DNA from: Candidatus Kaiserbacteria bacterium
Lineage (GTDB): Bacteria > Patescibacteriota > Minisyncoccia > Phycocordibacterales > UBA918
Assembly: GCA_043771035.1 (NCBI GenBank)
Contig: JAYVHQ010000017.1
Span: 1-43,482, forward strand
Reading direction: 5' to 3'
Length of the DNA: 43,482 bases
Of this stretch, positions 8,143-16,624 are shown one piece after another. A program made the position numbers and the translations under genes. The notes under the pieces are model-generated. The model made no database searches and was not told where the DNA came from. It saw nothing but the letters and a program-made list of their open reading frames with translations. The stretch's first letter is position 1, and each line of letters opens with the position of its first letter.

Positions 8143-9651
8143 CTAAATACTAACGGCTTCTGATGCTGGAGCCACATATGGTGGTATCGATAGCGTTCCG
8201 GTATCTTCAGTCATAATTACAGGCGGATTTAAATCCAAAGTAAGCTCGTGAAGACTGCCTGAAGTTGAGGAAGCTACTACAGTACTACCAGCAGTAGCAT
8301 TAGAGGATGAAGCGATTACCAAATCGTTTGGTTGTGGACTAGGTGGGTTACTACCGACTGGCTCTTTAGGGGGAAGGATGTTCTCTGCAATATCAGTATC
8401 TTCCTTAGTAGGATTCTTCCCTTGTAGTAGTGCTCTAGTCTCACCGGTGGAGTCAGGTTCAGGTAAGTCCTCTGGCAAATCGGCCGCTTTACTAGCTAGG
8501 GGGGTAATTTCACCAGTATCTACATCATACCCTTTGGTTATGATGTCACCATTAGCAAACTCCGTTTCATAGACTAAAACCATCCGGGGGTTAGATAGTG
8601 CGCCGCCTTCTGTATCACTAATGGTGGTCAGTTCTTTGGTGACAATGTCATACAATTCAATAGTCTGGGTGTTGTCAGAATTTAAACGATTCCACATTAC
8701 TAAATCACCTTTTATTTTAGGAGCAATGTCATGTTGCTCACTCTGTGTAAGGTACATTGTTTCAACACCGTCATACAACACAACATCCCAGTTGTTATTA
8801 TTCCATCTTTGCCAAACAGTGAAGTCGCCCGCCCTACTGGGCTCCATATTGTTAACGGTATCAGCCGTTAATTGAACTTCGGTGTTGGATGTTAAATCAA
8901 AAGAAATTATTTGGTATCTTTCATTAATCTGTCTATGCCAGACTATGGTGTTTGATTTTGAATCAAAATAAGGGGCAGCATCATCAACTGTATTGAATGT
9001 AAGCTGTGTCAGTTCAGCATTTTTTTGTAAAAAAATCTCTAAGTCCCCATCAATATCTTGAAGGGAATACAGTCCATCAGTTGTAGTATCCGTCGCATCT
9101 TTTTTAACTTGGCAATAAAATGATCCGTCCTCGACTGTCACACAGTCACTCTTATCGAACTGCACTACTTGGTCACTGTAGACAGTAGAAATAGCTACGG
9201 GGATTTCGGTTGAAGATGCGGTGGTCGTGCTGGCTTCTGCTATATCATAAGCAGCAATCTCATCTTCATCATTGATAAGATCTTGGATTTCTTGATCAGA
9301 AAATATAGTAGTGGTCACCGTAGTACTAGCATTATCACTAGTAGCAAGCGAGGTTGAGGTTGAGGTTGTAGAGGTTGGGTCAGTGGTACTCACAGAAGGT
9401 ATGGTCACAGATTCAGTAGTGTCAGTAGTAGTGTTAGTTAAATTAGCATCAACAGCCAAGTTAATTATCTCAGGAACAGCTAGCTCAGCAAAGTCAGTTT
9501 GACTCGCATATAAACGAGACATTGGTTGTAGTAAAAAAGAAAGGCACAAACACAAAACCACCGCAGTAGATACACGGGAACAAAACACGTTACGGTAGAG
9601 AGTTACCTGACGTGGTCTTATATTTTTTTGAATTTGGTTGGCTTTGTTCAC
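8143..9651 (-). CDS. Membrane-anchored surface protein with a Thr/Ser-rich stalk, beta-propeller-type repeats and a Pro/Ser-rich C-terminal tail.
   Basis: The 502-codon ORF has a GTG start at 9651 (the codon reads gtg on the minus strand). There is a hydrophobic segment VSTAVVLCLCLSFLL. A low-complexity stretch TTDTTESVTIPSVSTTDPTSTTSTSTS follows. Repeats of the type IVWHRQINERYQIISFDLTSNTEVQLT, FTVWQRWNNNNWDVVLYDG and LVMWNRLNSDNTQTIELYDIVTKELTTIS resemble TolB-like or archaeal beta-propeller repeats. Confidence 0.75.
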   Translation of the reverse strand: MNKANQIQKNIRPRQVTLYRNVFCSRVSTAVVLCLCLSFLLQPMSRLYASQTDFAELAVPEIINLAVDANLTNTTTDTTESVTIPSVSTTDPTSTTSTSTSLATSDNASTTVTTTIFSDQEIQDLINDEDEIAAYDIAEASTTTASSTEIPVAISTVYSDQVVQFDKSDCVTVEDGSFYCQVKKDATDTTTDGLYSLQDIDGDLEIFLQKNAELTQLTFNTVDDAAPYFDSKSNTIVWHRQINERYQIISFDLTSNTEVQLTADTVNNMEPSRAGDFTVWQRWNNNNWDVVLYDGVETMYLTQSEQHDIAPKIKGDLVMWNRLNSDNTQTIELYDIVTKELTTISDTEGGALSNPRMVLVYETEFANGDIITKGYDVDTGEITPLASKAADLPEDLPEPDSTGETRALLQGKNPTKEDTDIAENILPPKEPVGSNPPSPQPNDLVIASSSNATAGSTVVASSTSGSLHELTLDLNPPVIMTEDTGTLSIPPYVAPASEAVSI

Positions 9652-9765
9652 TTTCTTTTCAGCCGATTTATTGGAGTGGATTCACGGTCCAATCCCAATT
9701 TCCCATCTAGTACATAATAGCAGTTACGTTGTAGCTAAAAACGTCTATTATCAACAGATACCTGC

Positions 9766-10524
9766 TTATTTTGTAAAGTAATCTGAAAGTAAAATAGAAA
9801 AATCCCGGAACGTCATTTGCCCATCATTATTAAAATCAAATTTTTGCTGGCGACTGGTCCAGTTGGCCATAAAAGAACTAATATCACGCAGTGATACCTC
9901 ACCATCGCCATCTATGTCCGTCACCACAGCAAAACCTACACTCCCCTCCAAAGTAGTGCCATCAGCTGGTTTTGCACCCAAAGCAAACACCTGAGTAGTA
10001 ATTTTCGCTCGCGATATATCGGCGTTGATAGCAGTACCTTTCCCATCTCCCGCTAAAAGCTTTACCTCACCGGCAAAAAATTGTGCGCTACCAGCTGTTT
10101 TAGCCTTAACATTAATCGTAGCAATTTTATGCTCACCCACAAATCCTCTTTTAAAAGTACCACCACGCAAAATAACTTTATCGTTACTCACAAAGGGCTC
10201 TTCTGTCCACAAGGTAATTACCGAATTACCTTTATCGATACCTAAAACTTCGACCTGACCTAAAGGATAGGCCAAACTGATGTCAACAGCGTTCACGGGA
10301 GCATCAGCAAAGACAAATACATCAAGTGAAAATGTCGAACCAATTTCAACATTAGTCTCACTAGACACTACTTTTATATAGGACCCCTTCGTACCAGAGA
10401 CGGCCGCAATGCTCGCAATCGCCGCAAAGACAAACAAAAAAGAAAAGGCATAGCGAACAGTCGGAGAGTTTTTTAAGCCCAGAGTTGGAAAAACTTTGAT
10501 TAAAGCTCTCCGTACTAAACTCAT
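9766..10524 (-). CDS. Secreted or anchored protein with a cohesin-like domain and a C-terminal type-I-dockerin-like module.
   Basis: The N-terminal hydrophobic segment is YAFSFLFVFAAIASIAAVSG. The cohesin-like core (about 10014..10389) reads VEIGSTFSLDVFVFADAPVNAVDISLAYPLGQVEVLGIDKGNSVITLW...KIATINVKAKTAGSAQFF..LLAGDGKGT. The dockerin-like duplicated Ca-loop (9769..9927) reads DIDGDGEVSLRDISSFMANW ... DFNNDGQMTFRDFSILLSDY. The ATGA start/stop overlap with 10521..11198 indicates translational coupling. Confidence 0.8.
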   Translation of the reverse strand: MSLVRRALIKVFPTLGLKNSPTVRYAFSFLFVFAAIASIAAVSGTKGSYIKVVSSETNVEIGSTFSLDVFVFADAPVNAVDISLAYPLGQVEVLGIDKGNSVITLWTEEPFVSNDKVILRGGTFKRGFVGEHKIATINVKAKTAGSAQFFAGEVKLLAGDGKGTAINADISRAKITTQVFALGAKPADGTTLEGSVGFAVVTDIDGDGEVSLRDISSFMANWTSRQQKFDFNNDGQMTFRDFSILLSDYFTK

Positions 10525-11198
10525 AGAGCTAAAGCCTCAGTTTTATTTACCTCAATCTGTTTACTTAAAACAACCATTTGACCTCTCACCTTGTTAACTT
10601 CACCAAGAGTGGCGACAATTTCCGGAGAAGCAGAACTCTTGCCTGTACGTAGTTCATTAATAATAGTCCCTTGCAGAGATACTAAACTATTAAAATATTC
10701 AGCCGTCTTTAGTTCGGCTTCAGCCAATGCCTGCCACGATTGAATTTTTTTGCTTTGATCTGACGGCATTTTTTGTAAAGATTCACGAAGGGTAATGTAG
10801 TCTGAAAATATTTGTACTTCACGAACAAGTCTCGTGGCCATGACAGATTTACGATCAGCGTAAAATCCTCCACATTTATAAAATAAAGTATCAAGCTCGG
10901 CTAATTCAACTGCGGTAATTGCCCCCGACAATGAATCAAGCAGCACATCAAATCTTTGTCTCTGTGTGGCTTTGCAGTCGACAATGATTCTTTCTGTTGG
11001 TGCATCTGCACCATTAACTCTCGTGATATCAGCTAGTTTAACAAGCAGGAGTTCTTGCGCGGATATCGCAGCATCAATTTGAGTAAGCGCTAGTTTACTT
11101 TGCCCATACAAGTACTGTTTTATTCCAAAAAAAGAAATTATAAACAAGGTAATAACGCCAGCAATAATCAGACTTATTCTTTTGGTGTTTGCTTTCAT
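10521..11198 (-). CDS. Single-pass membrane protein with a helical extracytoplasmic domain. Function unknown.
   Basis: The 225-aa ORF has an N-terminal TM (ISLIIAGVITLFIISFFGI), and the rest is helix-prone. It is packed tightly in the cohesin operon, 8 nt after the upstream stop, with a 4-nt overlap onto the downstream start. Confidence 0.65.
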   Translation of the reverse strand: MKANTKRISLIIAGVITLFIISFFGIKQYLYGQSKLALTQIDAAISAQELLLVKLADITRVNGADAPTERIIVDCKATQRQRFDVLLDSLSGAITAVELAELDTLFYKCGGFYADRKSVMATRLVREVQIFSDYITLRESLQKMPSDQSKKIQSWQALAEAELKTAEYFNSLVSLQGTIINELRTGKSSASPEIVATLGEVNKVRGQMVVLSKQIEVNKTEALAL

Positions 11199-11206
11199 AT
11201 CAGGAA

Positions 11207-12958
11207 TTATTTTTTAAAGACAGTAGTAACATCATGCACCTCTTTTCCTACTCGATTTTTTGCTTCAGCAATCACTGCTCTTAGCTCTGAGAATAATTCG
11301 GTTTCAAATTTACTCAATTTGTTAGTTTTATGTGAAGCCACACATTTTGCTTCTTGAGCTTTCAGGACCTGTTCCAGATGGTAAAACTCTGCCTCTAACA
11401 TCAGCTCAGCTTCATTAGATTCTACTATAACTCGTTTACGCAAGCGACCCATTTTTTGGATTGAATACAAAAGTGTCAACCATGTCAATACACACAAAGC
11501 AATCAAAGGAATAAGCACCGAGAGGAAACTAATGAGAAATGTACCAACCGCTACATAGCCTGGCTTTGATACAGTAATAGTTACGGTATCTGAAGGTTCA
11601 CTTTGGGCACCAAAGGTATCGGTAGCAGTGACACTCAAGGTATACCGTCCGACAACAAACGACTCAGCTGGTATTAATGAAAACGCACCACTGCCGTCAG
11701 CTGTTGCGCTCAGAGTCTGCTCTACTCCAGCTGGTGAAGTGAGTAAACCAACTACCGTAGCATTTGGTTTGGTGGTACCTAAAAAGGCAGGTATAACACC
11801 AACATTGAGAGTTGCTGGAAATTGTGTAATAAGTGGCTTTTCAAAAGAGGTAATGGTAAACGAGAGTGTGGCTATAAGTGAATTCATCGCCGCATCAAAC
11901 CCTTCAATCACCACTGTATGATAACCAGGAGCAAGCGAGGGCAAGATAAGGTTTGCTGGTGTATTAGTTGCGCTGTATTCATAAGGTACGGCTCCATCAA
12001 TCTGTACTTTAAAAAGCTTTACACTCGAGGTTTTATCTACAGTATTAAGAGAAACAGTTTGATTTGGATTTGAAAAGTCAGCATTATCTGCCAGTTTAAT
12101 TTCAAACGACTCAGGTTTTTGTGAATCAATGGCAATTTTATAATGTTTGATTTTACCCCAACCATCAGCATTTTTAAACTGAACATGGAGATAAGACACT
12201 CCCTCAGGCACATCTGAAATAGATAGTGTTTTAATTGGACTGTCGTAGACTTTGGTGGGAATGGCTATCGGACTGGTATCAAGACCGGTTCGTACGGCTA
12301 CTACACCAGCTGGCACCGTCCAGTTAAAGACCGCATTTTTTTCCTTTGACCACTTTGCTTCGTCAGGGTGGGAATTTGAGGTAATTTGTGGCGCTGCTGG
12401 TGTATTGGCTGGCGCAACGAATTCCACTATTACCTCAGGTGCTGGCTGGGATTCCACCACTGATAGAGTGTAGGTTCCGCCGCTCATATTTGTGAGAACA
12501 TTAGTCCCCTTTCCATCAGCAGCCAAAACAGAGGCCCCCGTTAGTGAAATCCGGGCAGCACCTGAAGTAAGTGATTTGAAGGTAACGGTAAACACAGCCC
12601 CCGCAGTACCGGTATAGCCAGTAGGAACTCCACCACTAAATGTCACCGTACCGGCTGAGTTTGAAAACGTTGGCTCGGTAGTCCATAAACTAAAAATAGA
12701 TGAGCTCCGAGAGGCGGCCACGACCGATAGTTCACGAGGATTAAACGACAGTGTTCCGTCAGCGGCATTAACAGGAACTCCAGAGGTGTTGACATACACG
12801 GTGACTGAAAAAGTCGCGCCTGTTTTATAGACTCCCGTACTCGGTGATACAAGCAACGTAGCCGCACTTGCAAAATAAGGCGTTACCAAAAAGAGCGCCC
12901 CAAACAGGATAGCTACGACTGTAGTATGTTTTAGTGTTCGCACTTTTGTTATTAGCAT
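11207..12958 (-). CDS. Membrane-anchored cohesin-like scaffold protein. It has a signal peptide, a cohesin-like domain, Ig-like domains, a TM helix and a cytoplasmic coiled-coil tail.
   Basis: The signal peptide is VVAILFGALFLVTPYFASA/ATL. The cohesin-like core (about 12463..12862) reads LLVSPSTGVYKTGATFSVTVYVNTSGVPVNAADGTLSFNPRELSVV...SIFSLWTTEP...GAVFTVTFKSLTSGAARISL..VLAADGKGT. The TM helix is VAVGTFLISFLSVLIPLIALCVLTWLTLLY. A charged helical tail follows. Confidence 0.8.
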   Translation of the reverse strand: MLITKVRTLKHTTVVAILFGALFLVTPYFASAATLLVSPSTGVYKTGATFSVTVYVNTSGVPVNAADGTLSFNPRELSVVAASRSSSIFSLWTTEPTFSNSAGTVTFSGGVPTGYTGTAGAVFTVTFKSLTSGAARISLTGASVLAADGKGTNVLTNMSGGTYTLSVVESQPAPEVIVEFVAPANTPAAPQITSNSHPDEAKWSKEKNAVFNWTVPAGVVAVRTGLDTSPIAIPTKVYDSPIKTLSISDVPEGVSYLHVQFKNADGWGKIKHYKIAIDSQKPESFEIKLADNADFSNPNQTVSLNTVDKTSSVKLFKVQIDGAVPYEYSATNTPANLILPSLAPGYHTVVIEGFDAAMNSLIATLSFTITSFEKPLITQFPATLNVGVIPAFLGTTKPNATVVGLLTSPAGVEQTLSATADGSGAFSLIPAESFVVGRYTLSVTATDTFGAQSEPSDTVTITVSKPGYVAVGTFLISFLSVLIPLIALCVLTWLTLLYSIQKMGRLRKRVIVESNEAELMLEAEFYHLEQVLKAQEAKCVASHKTNKLSKFETELFSELRAVIAEAKNRVGKEVHDVTTVFKK

Positions 12959-12967
12959 AGGAAATGA

Positions 12968-13972
12968 TTAAAGGACTATATCGTCACTGGCCGGTGAAAC
13001 AAACTTTTTTTGCGCTCGTCTTTTCCGCACTTGCCAAATCACCAATAGAACAACAATGAACAAAGTTGCACCCAGAGCCAGTAGCACCAATAGCTCGGTA
13101 CTGAGAACAAATTTTTGGTGAGCGGTATCGATAGGTAGGGTGACAATATATTCATTACCAGCTTTATCAATGGCACGCACCCGGACTACACTATTACGAC
13201 TTTGGTCTTTGAGTAAATGTGGGCTTTTAGTTTTTACCCAAGGTGCATTGGCTGCTCCAAAGTTAAATAATTTAGACTGTTTATAACTCTCTTCAATCAC
13301 TTCATAATGGCTAATGCCTGTCTGTTTATCAGTAGTGTTAAAGACTACGTACCATTGATTATTTATAGATTCTATGCTGGCACTAAAGTCCTCAGGTGGC
13401 AGTTCGTCAGACTGCACATCAGTACTCCACGGATCTAAAATTTCGGCTCCTACTGTATCAGCCAGAGTAAAATTAGCACCAAACTTTTGTAGATTTGCTT
13501 GCGTACCTTTACCGTCATTTAGATACGCTGTTGTGGCATCAGTAAATTGTACAGTGGCGGCGCTACGGGCCTCCCCACCACCCACCTGCATACCGGGTGC
13601 CCTAAAGAAAATTTCAACTAACGTATTAGTGAGATTGGGGTCACCTTGCACCCGTCCACAATAGCCATTAGGGATGCCTCCGGCGAAACTTATAGTCCGA
13701 TTTTCTTTATTAATAACGGGTGCCTCTACCCAAATTGGAAAGATAGATTTACCAACGGTAATGTCGACAGGAATAATACTCTCACTATAGGAAACAACCG
13801 CGTCCACGGCATTAATACACTCACCTGCTGCCTCATCAGTATCTAATCTAATCGAAATTTTAGTAGCGTCGCCACGATTTAGACTGGCTGTGTTTGGGTC
13901 CATGTACAAAGTGGCAGCCGAAACTGTCTGCACCGAAAATAGCAAAAAAAGAATCCCGAGAAAATACCTCAT
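12968..13972 (-). CDS. Membrane-anchored cohesin-like protein with a signal peptide, a cohesin-like domain, a second beta domain and a C-terminal TM plus basic tail.
   Basis: Track ORF 12968..14029 is trimmed to ATG 13972, giving MRYFLGILFLLFSVQTVSA/ATLYMDP. The 19 upstream codons overlap the terminator hairpin of the preceding gene. The cohesin-like core (about 13460..13915) reads ATKISIRLDTDEAAGECINAVDAVVSYSESIIPVDITVGKSIFPIW...LVEIFFRAPG...YLNDGKGT. The TM is LLVLLALGATLFIVVLLVIW followed by QVRKRRAQKK. Confidence 0.75.
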   Translation of the reverse strand: MRYFLGILFLLFSVQTVSAATLYMDPNTASLNRGDATKISIRLDTDEAAGECINAVDAVVSYSESIIPVDITVGKSIFPIWVEAPVINKENRTISFAGGIPNGYCGRVQGDPNLTNTLVEIFFRAPGMQVGGGEARSAATVQFTDATTAYLNDGKGTQANLQKFGANFTLADTVGAEILDPWSTDVQSDELPPEDFSASIESINNQWYVVFNTTDKQTGISHYEVIEESYKQSKLFNFGAANAPWVKTKSPHLLKDQSRNSVVRVRAIDKAGNEYIVTLPIDTAHQKFVLSTELLVLLALGATLFIVVLLVIWQVRKRRAQKKFVSPASDDIVL

Positions 13973-14020
13973 AGTGATTATAGTATAGCTCAAAGTAAAG
14001 TACCTAAGGCCAGCTTGTAC

Positions 14021-14059
14021 ACAAAGCAAAAACCCTACTCGTGGTGGGAGATAGGGTTT
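14021..14059 (-). terminator. Rho-independent terminator of the 383-aa gene.
   Basis: The minus strand reads AAACCCTATCTCC-CACCAC-GAGTAGGGTTT followed by TTGCTTTGT. The stem is 8+3 bp (30-37 pairing with 52-59, and 38-40 with 48-50) with a 1-nt bulge. It lies 44 nt after the stop at 14103. Confidence 0.6.
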
Positions 14060-14102
14060 ATTGCATTGTACTCCAAGCTTGGATCCACTATTCTAAATTA
14101 AT

Positions 14103-15254
14103 TTAGAATACTGGTGTTGCTACGTATGTCAGCGTAGCGGTGTAATCATTTCCTGCTTCTTGCAAAGCAGTTATTTCAACTTGATAGGCCACATCAGCAC
14201 GCCCAATATTTTGAGTCGTACCATCAGCTGGTCCACCGTGACGAAATACCTGTACTGGTGTCGTTGACGCTGAAACAAAACGGTCACCAGTTGAACTTGC
14301 GTTAAATGGGTCCAACAATCCGAACGTTGCGTCATTAGAGGTAATACCCCAGTGACCCCACGTATTTTCGTTTGAGATTGATGGTGATGGTGGCGCCCAA
14401 GACACAGGTGTTGATGTGTAGGCCCCATCAATGAAACCGTCAATATCCGCACCTGATGACGAAGTCAACTGCTGATCTACCTGCACTGTTACCGCAAAGC
14501 CATAACTAGCATTAGTAGATACACTTAACCTCTGTCCTGCTGATGAGGCAGTATCAGCAACGAGTTGCCCAAATGGAATCGCGGTTGCCGTTGATGATCC
14601 AGTTGTTATCAGACTGTTGACGTCAGTACCGCCTGGCAAACCAGCTACCGTAAAGGTAAAACTAGTATCCACAGCAGCGGTGACAACAACTGGTGCAATA
14701 ATGGCTACTCGAGTTGACCCAGTATCACTTGCTCCAGCCGTAATATCGATTTCATACGATCCTACAGTAGGGTTTCGTAACTGTCTGGTTCCTGTTACTC
14801 CAAAGTTGGCATGCTTACCAATTTTAATGGTAGTTGTGCCCGCTGGGTCGATTGATGCTCCGTCACCACTACAAAAAGTGAGCGTAATGAGGTTAGTACT
14901 GGTTGCAAATCCAATTTCATCGGTAGCGGCACAACTGGCAGCCACACTAAGGTTAGTGCTACCGTCAATTACGTCAACATCAGCAAAAGTGGTACTCCCG
15001 AGTAGAAACGGTCCATTAGCTAAACTTATAGTAATAGTTGAACCATTTGCAATACCAGTTGGTGTTACAAAGGTCAGCGTATGGTTTGATCCAACACTCG
15101 GTGCTGAATCAGAGAGGGTGTCGCTAAGCGACGTGACACTTGCAGCTTCGGCGAACCGAAGTGACGGCAAACCGATTGACCATAATAATATGGCAAAGGC
15201 TGCAATCGCTGCAATAGCTTGGAGTAGCCCGAACGTGGTATTCGTTCTACTCAT
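14103..15254 (-). CDS. Secreted 383-aa protein with a class-1 pilin/WxL-like C-terminal module. It is a candidate major surface or fibre subunit.
   Basis: The signal peptide is LLQAIAAIAAFAILLWSIGLPSLRFAEAA/S. This is the same AEAA motif as in the 2,053-aa protein. The protein is Thr/Ser/Gly-rich with no TM or LPXTG at the C-terminus. The gene is monocistronic, sitting between a 573-bp AT-rich upstream region and its own terminator. Confidence 0.85.
   Translation of the reverse strand: MSRTNTTFGLLQAIAAIAAFAILLWSIGLPSLRFAEAASVTSLSDTLSDSAPSVGSNHTLTFVTPTGIANGSTITISLANGPFLLGSTTFADVDVIDGSTNLSVAASCAATDEIGFATSTNLITLTFCSGDGASIDPAGTTTIKIGKHANFGVTGTRQLRNPTVGSYEIDITAGASDTGSTRVAIIAPVVVTAAVDTSFTFTVAGLPGGTDVNSLITTGSSTATAIPFGQLVADTASSAGQRLSVSTNASYGFAVTVQVDQQLTSSSGADIDGFIDGAYTSTPVSWAPPSPSISNENTWGHWGITSNDATFGLLDPFNASSTGDRFVSASTTPVQVFRHGGPADGTTQNIGRADVAYQVEITALQEAGNDYTATLTYVATPVF
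14106..14670 (-). other. C-terminal class-1 module of the 383-aa protein, homologous to 1901..2415.
   Basis: See the alignment under feature 1901..2415. The ending GNDYTATLTYVATPVF resembles the terminal G-x-Y-x-x-x-L-x-W-x-L-x-x-x-P motif of WxL domains, with W replaced by Y. Confidence 0.5.
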
Positions 15255-15750
15255 ATATTCTCTACGTTGTATTAGCCTACTATTGCAATCATATGCATGT
15301 ACAAAGACGCACTGACTACTAGATGATTACAATCAAAAACGGTAACTGGTCTCCACACCGATTACGTATATTGAATAATAAGCATACTTGCCTTAGAACG
15401 CCCGGCTGAAGGCCGTCTGGCTACACTGAGTAGCTCAAAGCACCATTATTGATACCCCCAAAACAAGTACCTAGTCATTGTAGCTTGATGAAAATTTTTT
15501 TAGAGATACTTATACACAAAAATTTTTAAAATACTAAAAAATCCATCATTCATTACCTGTAAAATTTTATAACGAACACATTATTACGAGATGTTACAAA
15601 ACCAACCTTAAATTGAATGGAAGCTTGAGCAGTTGAAACAAATAATTTGATACCAAACTGCTGGCTATTTGGTACGATGTCAGCAACACTATTTATATTT
15701 GCACTCGTTTCCAATAGGTGAACAGGTTGGTGTAGGAATTTTGTAAAATA

Positions 15751-15779
15751 TTGATTGTTAAACAATTTTATGTTTTAAT
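15751..15779 (+). promoter_or_regulatory. Candidate sigma70-type promoter for the plus-strand unit.
   Basis: The sequence is TTGATT (15751-15756), a 17-nt spacer, then TTTAAT (15774-15779), about 50 nt upstream of the ATG at 15828. This is pattern matching only. Confidence 0.3.
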
Positions 15780-15814
15780 CCCTAAGGTTACTTCCACTTT
15801 CAAGAAACAATCTC

Positions 15815-15820
15815 AAGGAG
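15815..15820 (+). promoter_or_regulatory. Shine-Dalgarno site.
   Basis: AAGGAG lies 7 nt upstream of ATG 15828. It is the strongest SD in the window. Most minus-strand genes have weak SDs or none. Confidence 0.55.
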
Positions 15821-15827
15821 TCAAAAA

Positions 15828-16400
15828 ATGGAAAGAGTTCCTACTGCAAAGGCAATGATCCTTAGTTTTATCGATAAGGGTATCGCTGAACCCACTTTTG
15901 CCCCAGTGTATTTGACCGCCAAACTCTCAGCAGTTGACGCAAAGAGCATACAAACTGATCTTTCACGCGCCGGCGAAAGTCTCTGGCACGGTCGAGCTTA
16001 TCATAGTAGGATGAAAGGAGATATTCACACTTACCCTACTATCGATCTTACCAAGTTCCCTTGGACGGGACGTGAAAGCGTCATGTTCGAATCAGTTCGC
16101 GACGGCACGCTTATGTCGGATATGCAGCAACAACTCGATGAAGCGCTCGCATCTCTACCTTTCCAAATACGACCGGTCAATGACAGTCGTGGGTTGTGGC
16201 TAGATTCCTTTAAAGATGAGGGGGATTTGAATCGGTACTTTTACTTTGAACTTTTCTGCAAATCCGAAATCCCTGAATGGATCACCGGCCTCGGCTCGAT
16301 GCGGATGAGTGGGTCATGGTATGTATTCCTCCCAAGCCCTTCACCAGACTGGATCTCATTCTTAAGATCAGTAAACTCAGCCGTACAAAAGCGGATTTAG
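15828..16400 (+). CDS. Hypothetical cytoplasmic protein (190 aa). It is the only convincing plus-strand gene.
   Basis: It has a good SD, no signal peptide and a mixed charged composition unlike the rest of the island. I recognise no family. Confidence 0.6.
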   Translation: MERVPTAKAMILSFIDKGIAEPTFAPVYLTAKLSAVDAKSIQTDLSRAGESLWHGRAYHSRMKGDIHTYPTIDLTKFPWTGRESVMFESVRDGTLMSDMQQQLDEALASLPFQIRPVNDSRGLWLDSFKDEGDLNRYFYFELFCKSEIPEWITGLGSMRMSGSWYVFLPSPSPDWISFLRSVNSAVQKRI

Positions 16401-16504
16401 AAAAACTGGCAAATGTTCCATCAGACGCAATCACTGTCAAGGGAATTGAAATCGCTAATCTTAAACAGCAGATTGAAGAAGCGCTTCGTCAAATTGCCGC
16501 TTGA
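16277..16504 (+). CDS. Overlapping -1-frame ORF (75 aa). It may be the true C-terminus of the previous gene after a frameshift, or a coupled small gene.
   Basis: It overlaps the last 124 nt of 15828..16400. There is no SD, and a TGA sits immediately before its ATG. The peptide ...KISKLSRTKADLEKLANVPSDAITVKGIEIANLKQQIEEALRQIAA looks protein-like. It ends 20 nt before the strong terminator. Confidence 0.35.
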   Translation: MDHRPRLDADEWVMVCIPPKPFTRLDLILKISKLSRTKADLEKLANVPSDAITVKGIEIANLKQQIEEALRQIAA

Positions 16505-16523
16505 TAGAAGTAATTCAGTTACA

Positions 16524-16557
16524 GGAGCCCCAGCACAGGGGCTCCTTTCTTTTGTTT
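16524..16557 (+). terminator. Rho-independent terminator of the plus-strand unit.
   Basis: GGAGCCCC-AGCACA-GGGGCTCC forms a perfect 8-bp GC-rich stem (16524-16545), followed by TTTCTTTTGTTT. Confidence 0.8.
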
Positions 16558-16593
16558 ATGGGCTATATTGTACGAAGTTAACGACACTCTATA

Positions 16594-16624
16594 AGCTTCG
16601 CCTAGGACTCTCCTAGGCGAAGCT
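16594..16624. repeat. Perfect 14-bp-arm palindrome AGCTTCGCCTAGGA-CTC-TCCTAGGCGAAGCT (copy A of the AGCTTCGCCTAGG repeat).
   Basis: Read directly from the sequence. The arms are exact reverse complements and each contains CCTAGG. Confidence 0.9.

Noticed and set aside
13973-14029. The N-terminal 19 codons of track ORF 12968..14029.
   Set aside because: They overlap the terminator hairpin of the upstream gene. The Met at 13972 starts a clean signal peptide (MRYFLGILFLLFSVQTVSA).
14617-15315. A plus-strand 232-aa ORF opposite the 383-aa gene. A 263-aa ORF at 20620..21411 lies opposite the 631-aa gene.
   Set aside because: This is the same antisense-shadow effect. The minus-strand partners have signal peptides, conserved C-terminal modules and terminators.
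15553-15765. A 70-aa minus-strand ORF in the divergent promoter region.
   Set aside because: It is AT-rich and low-complexity, with no SD. It lies in the probable promoter and leader region of both flanking units.
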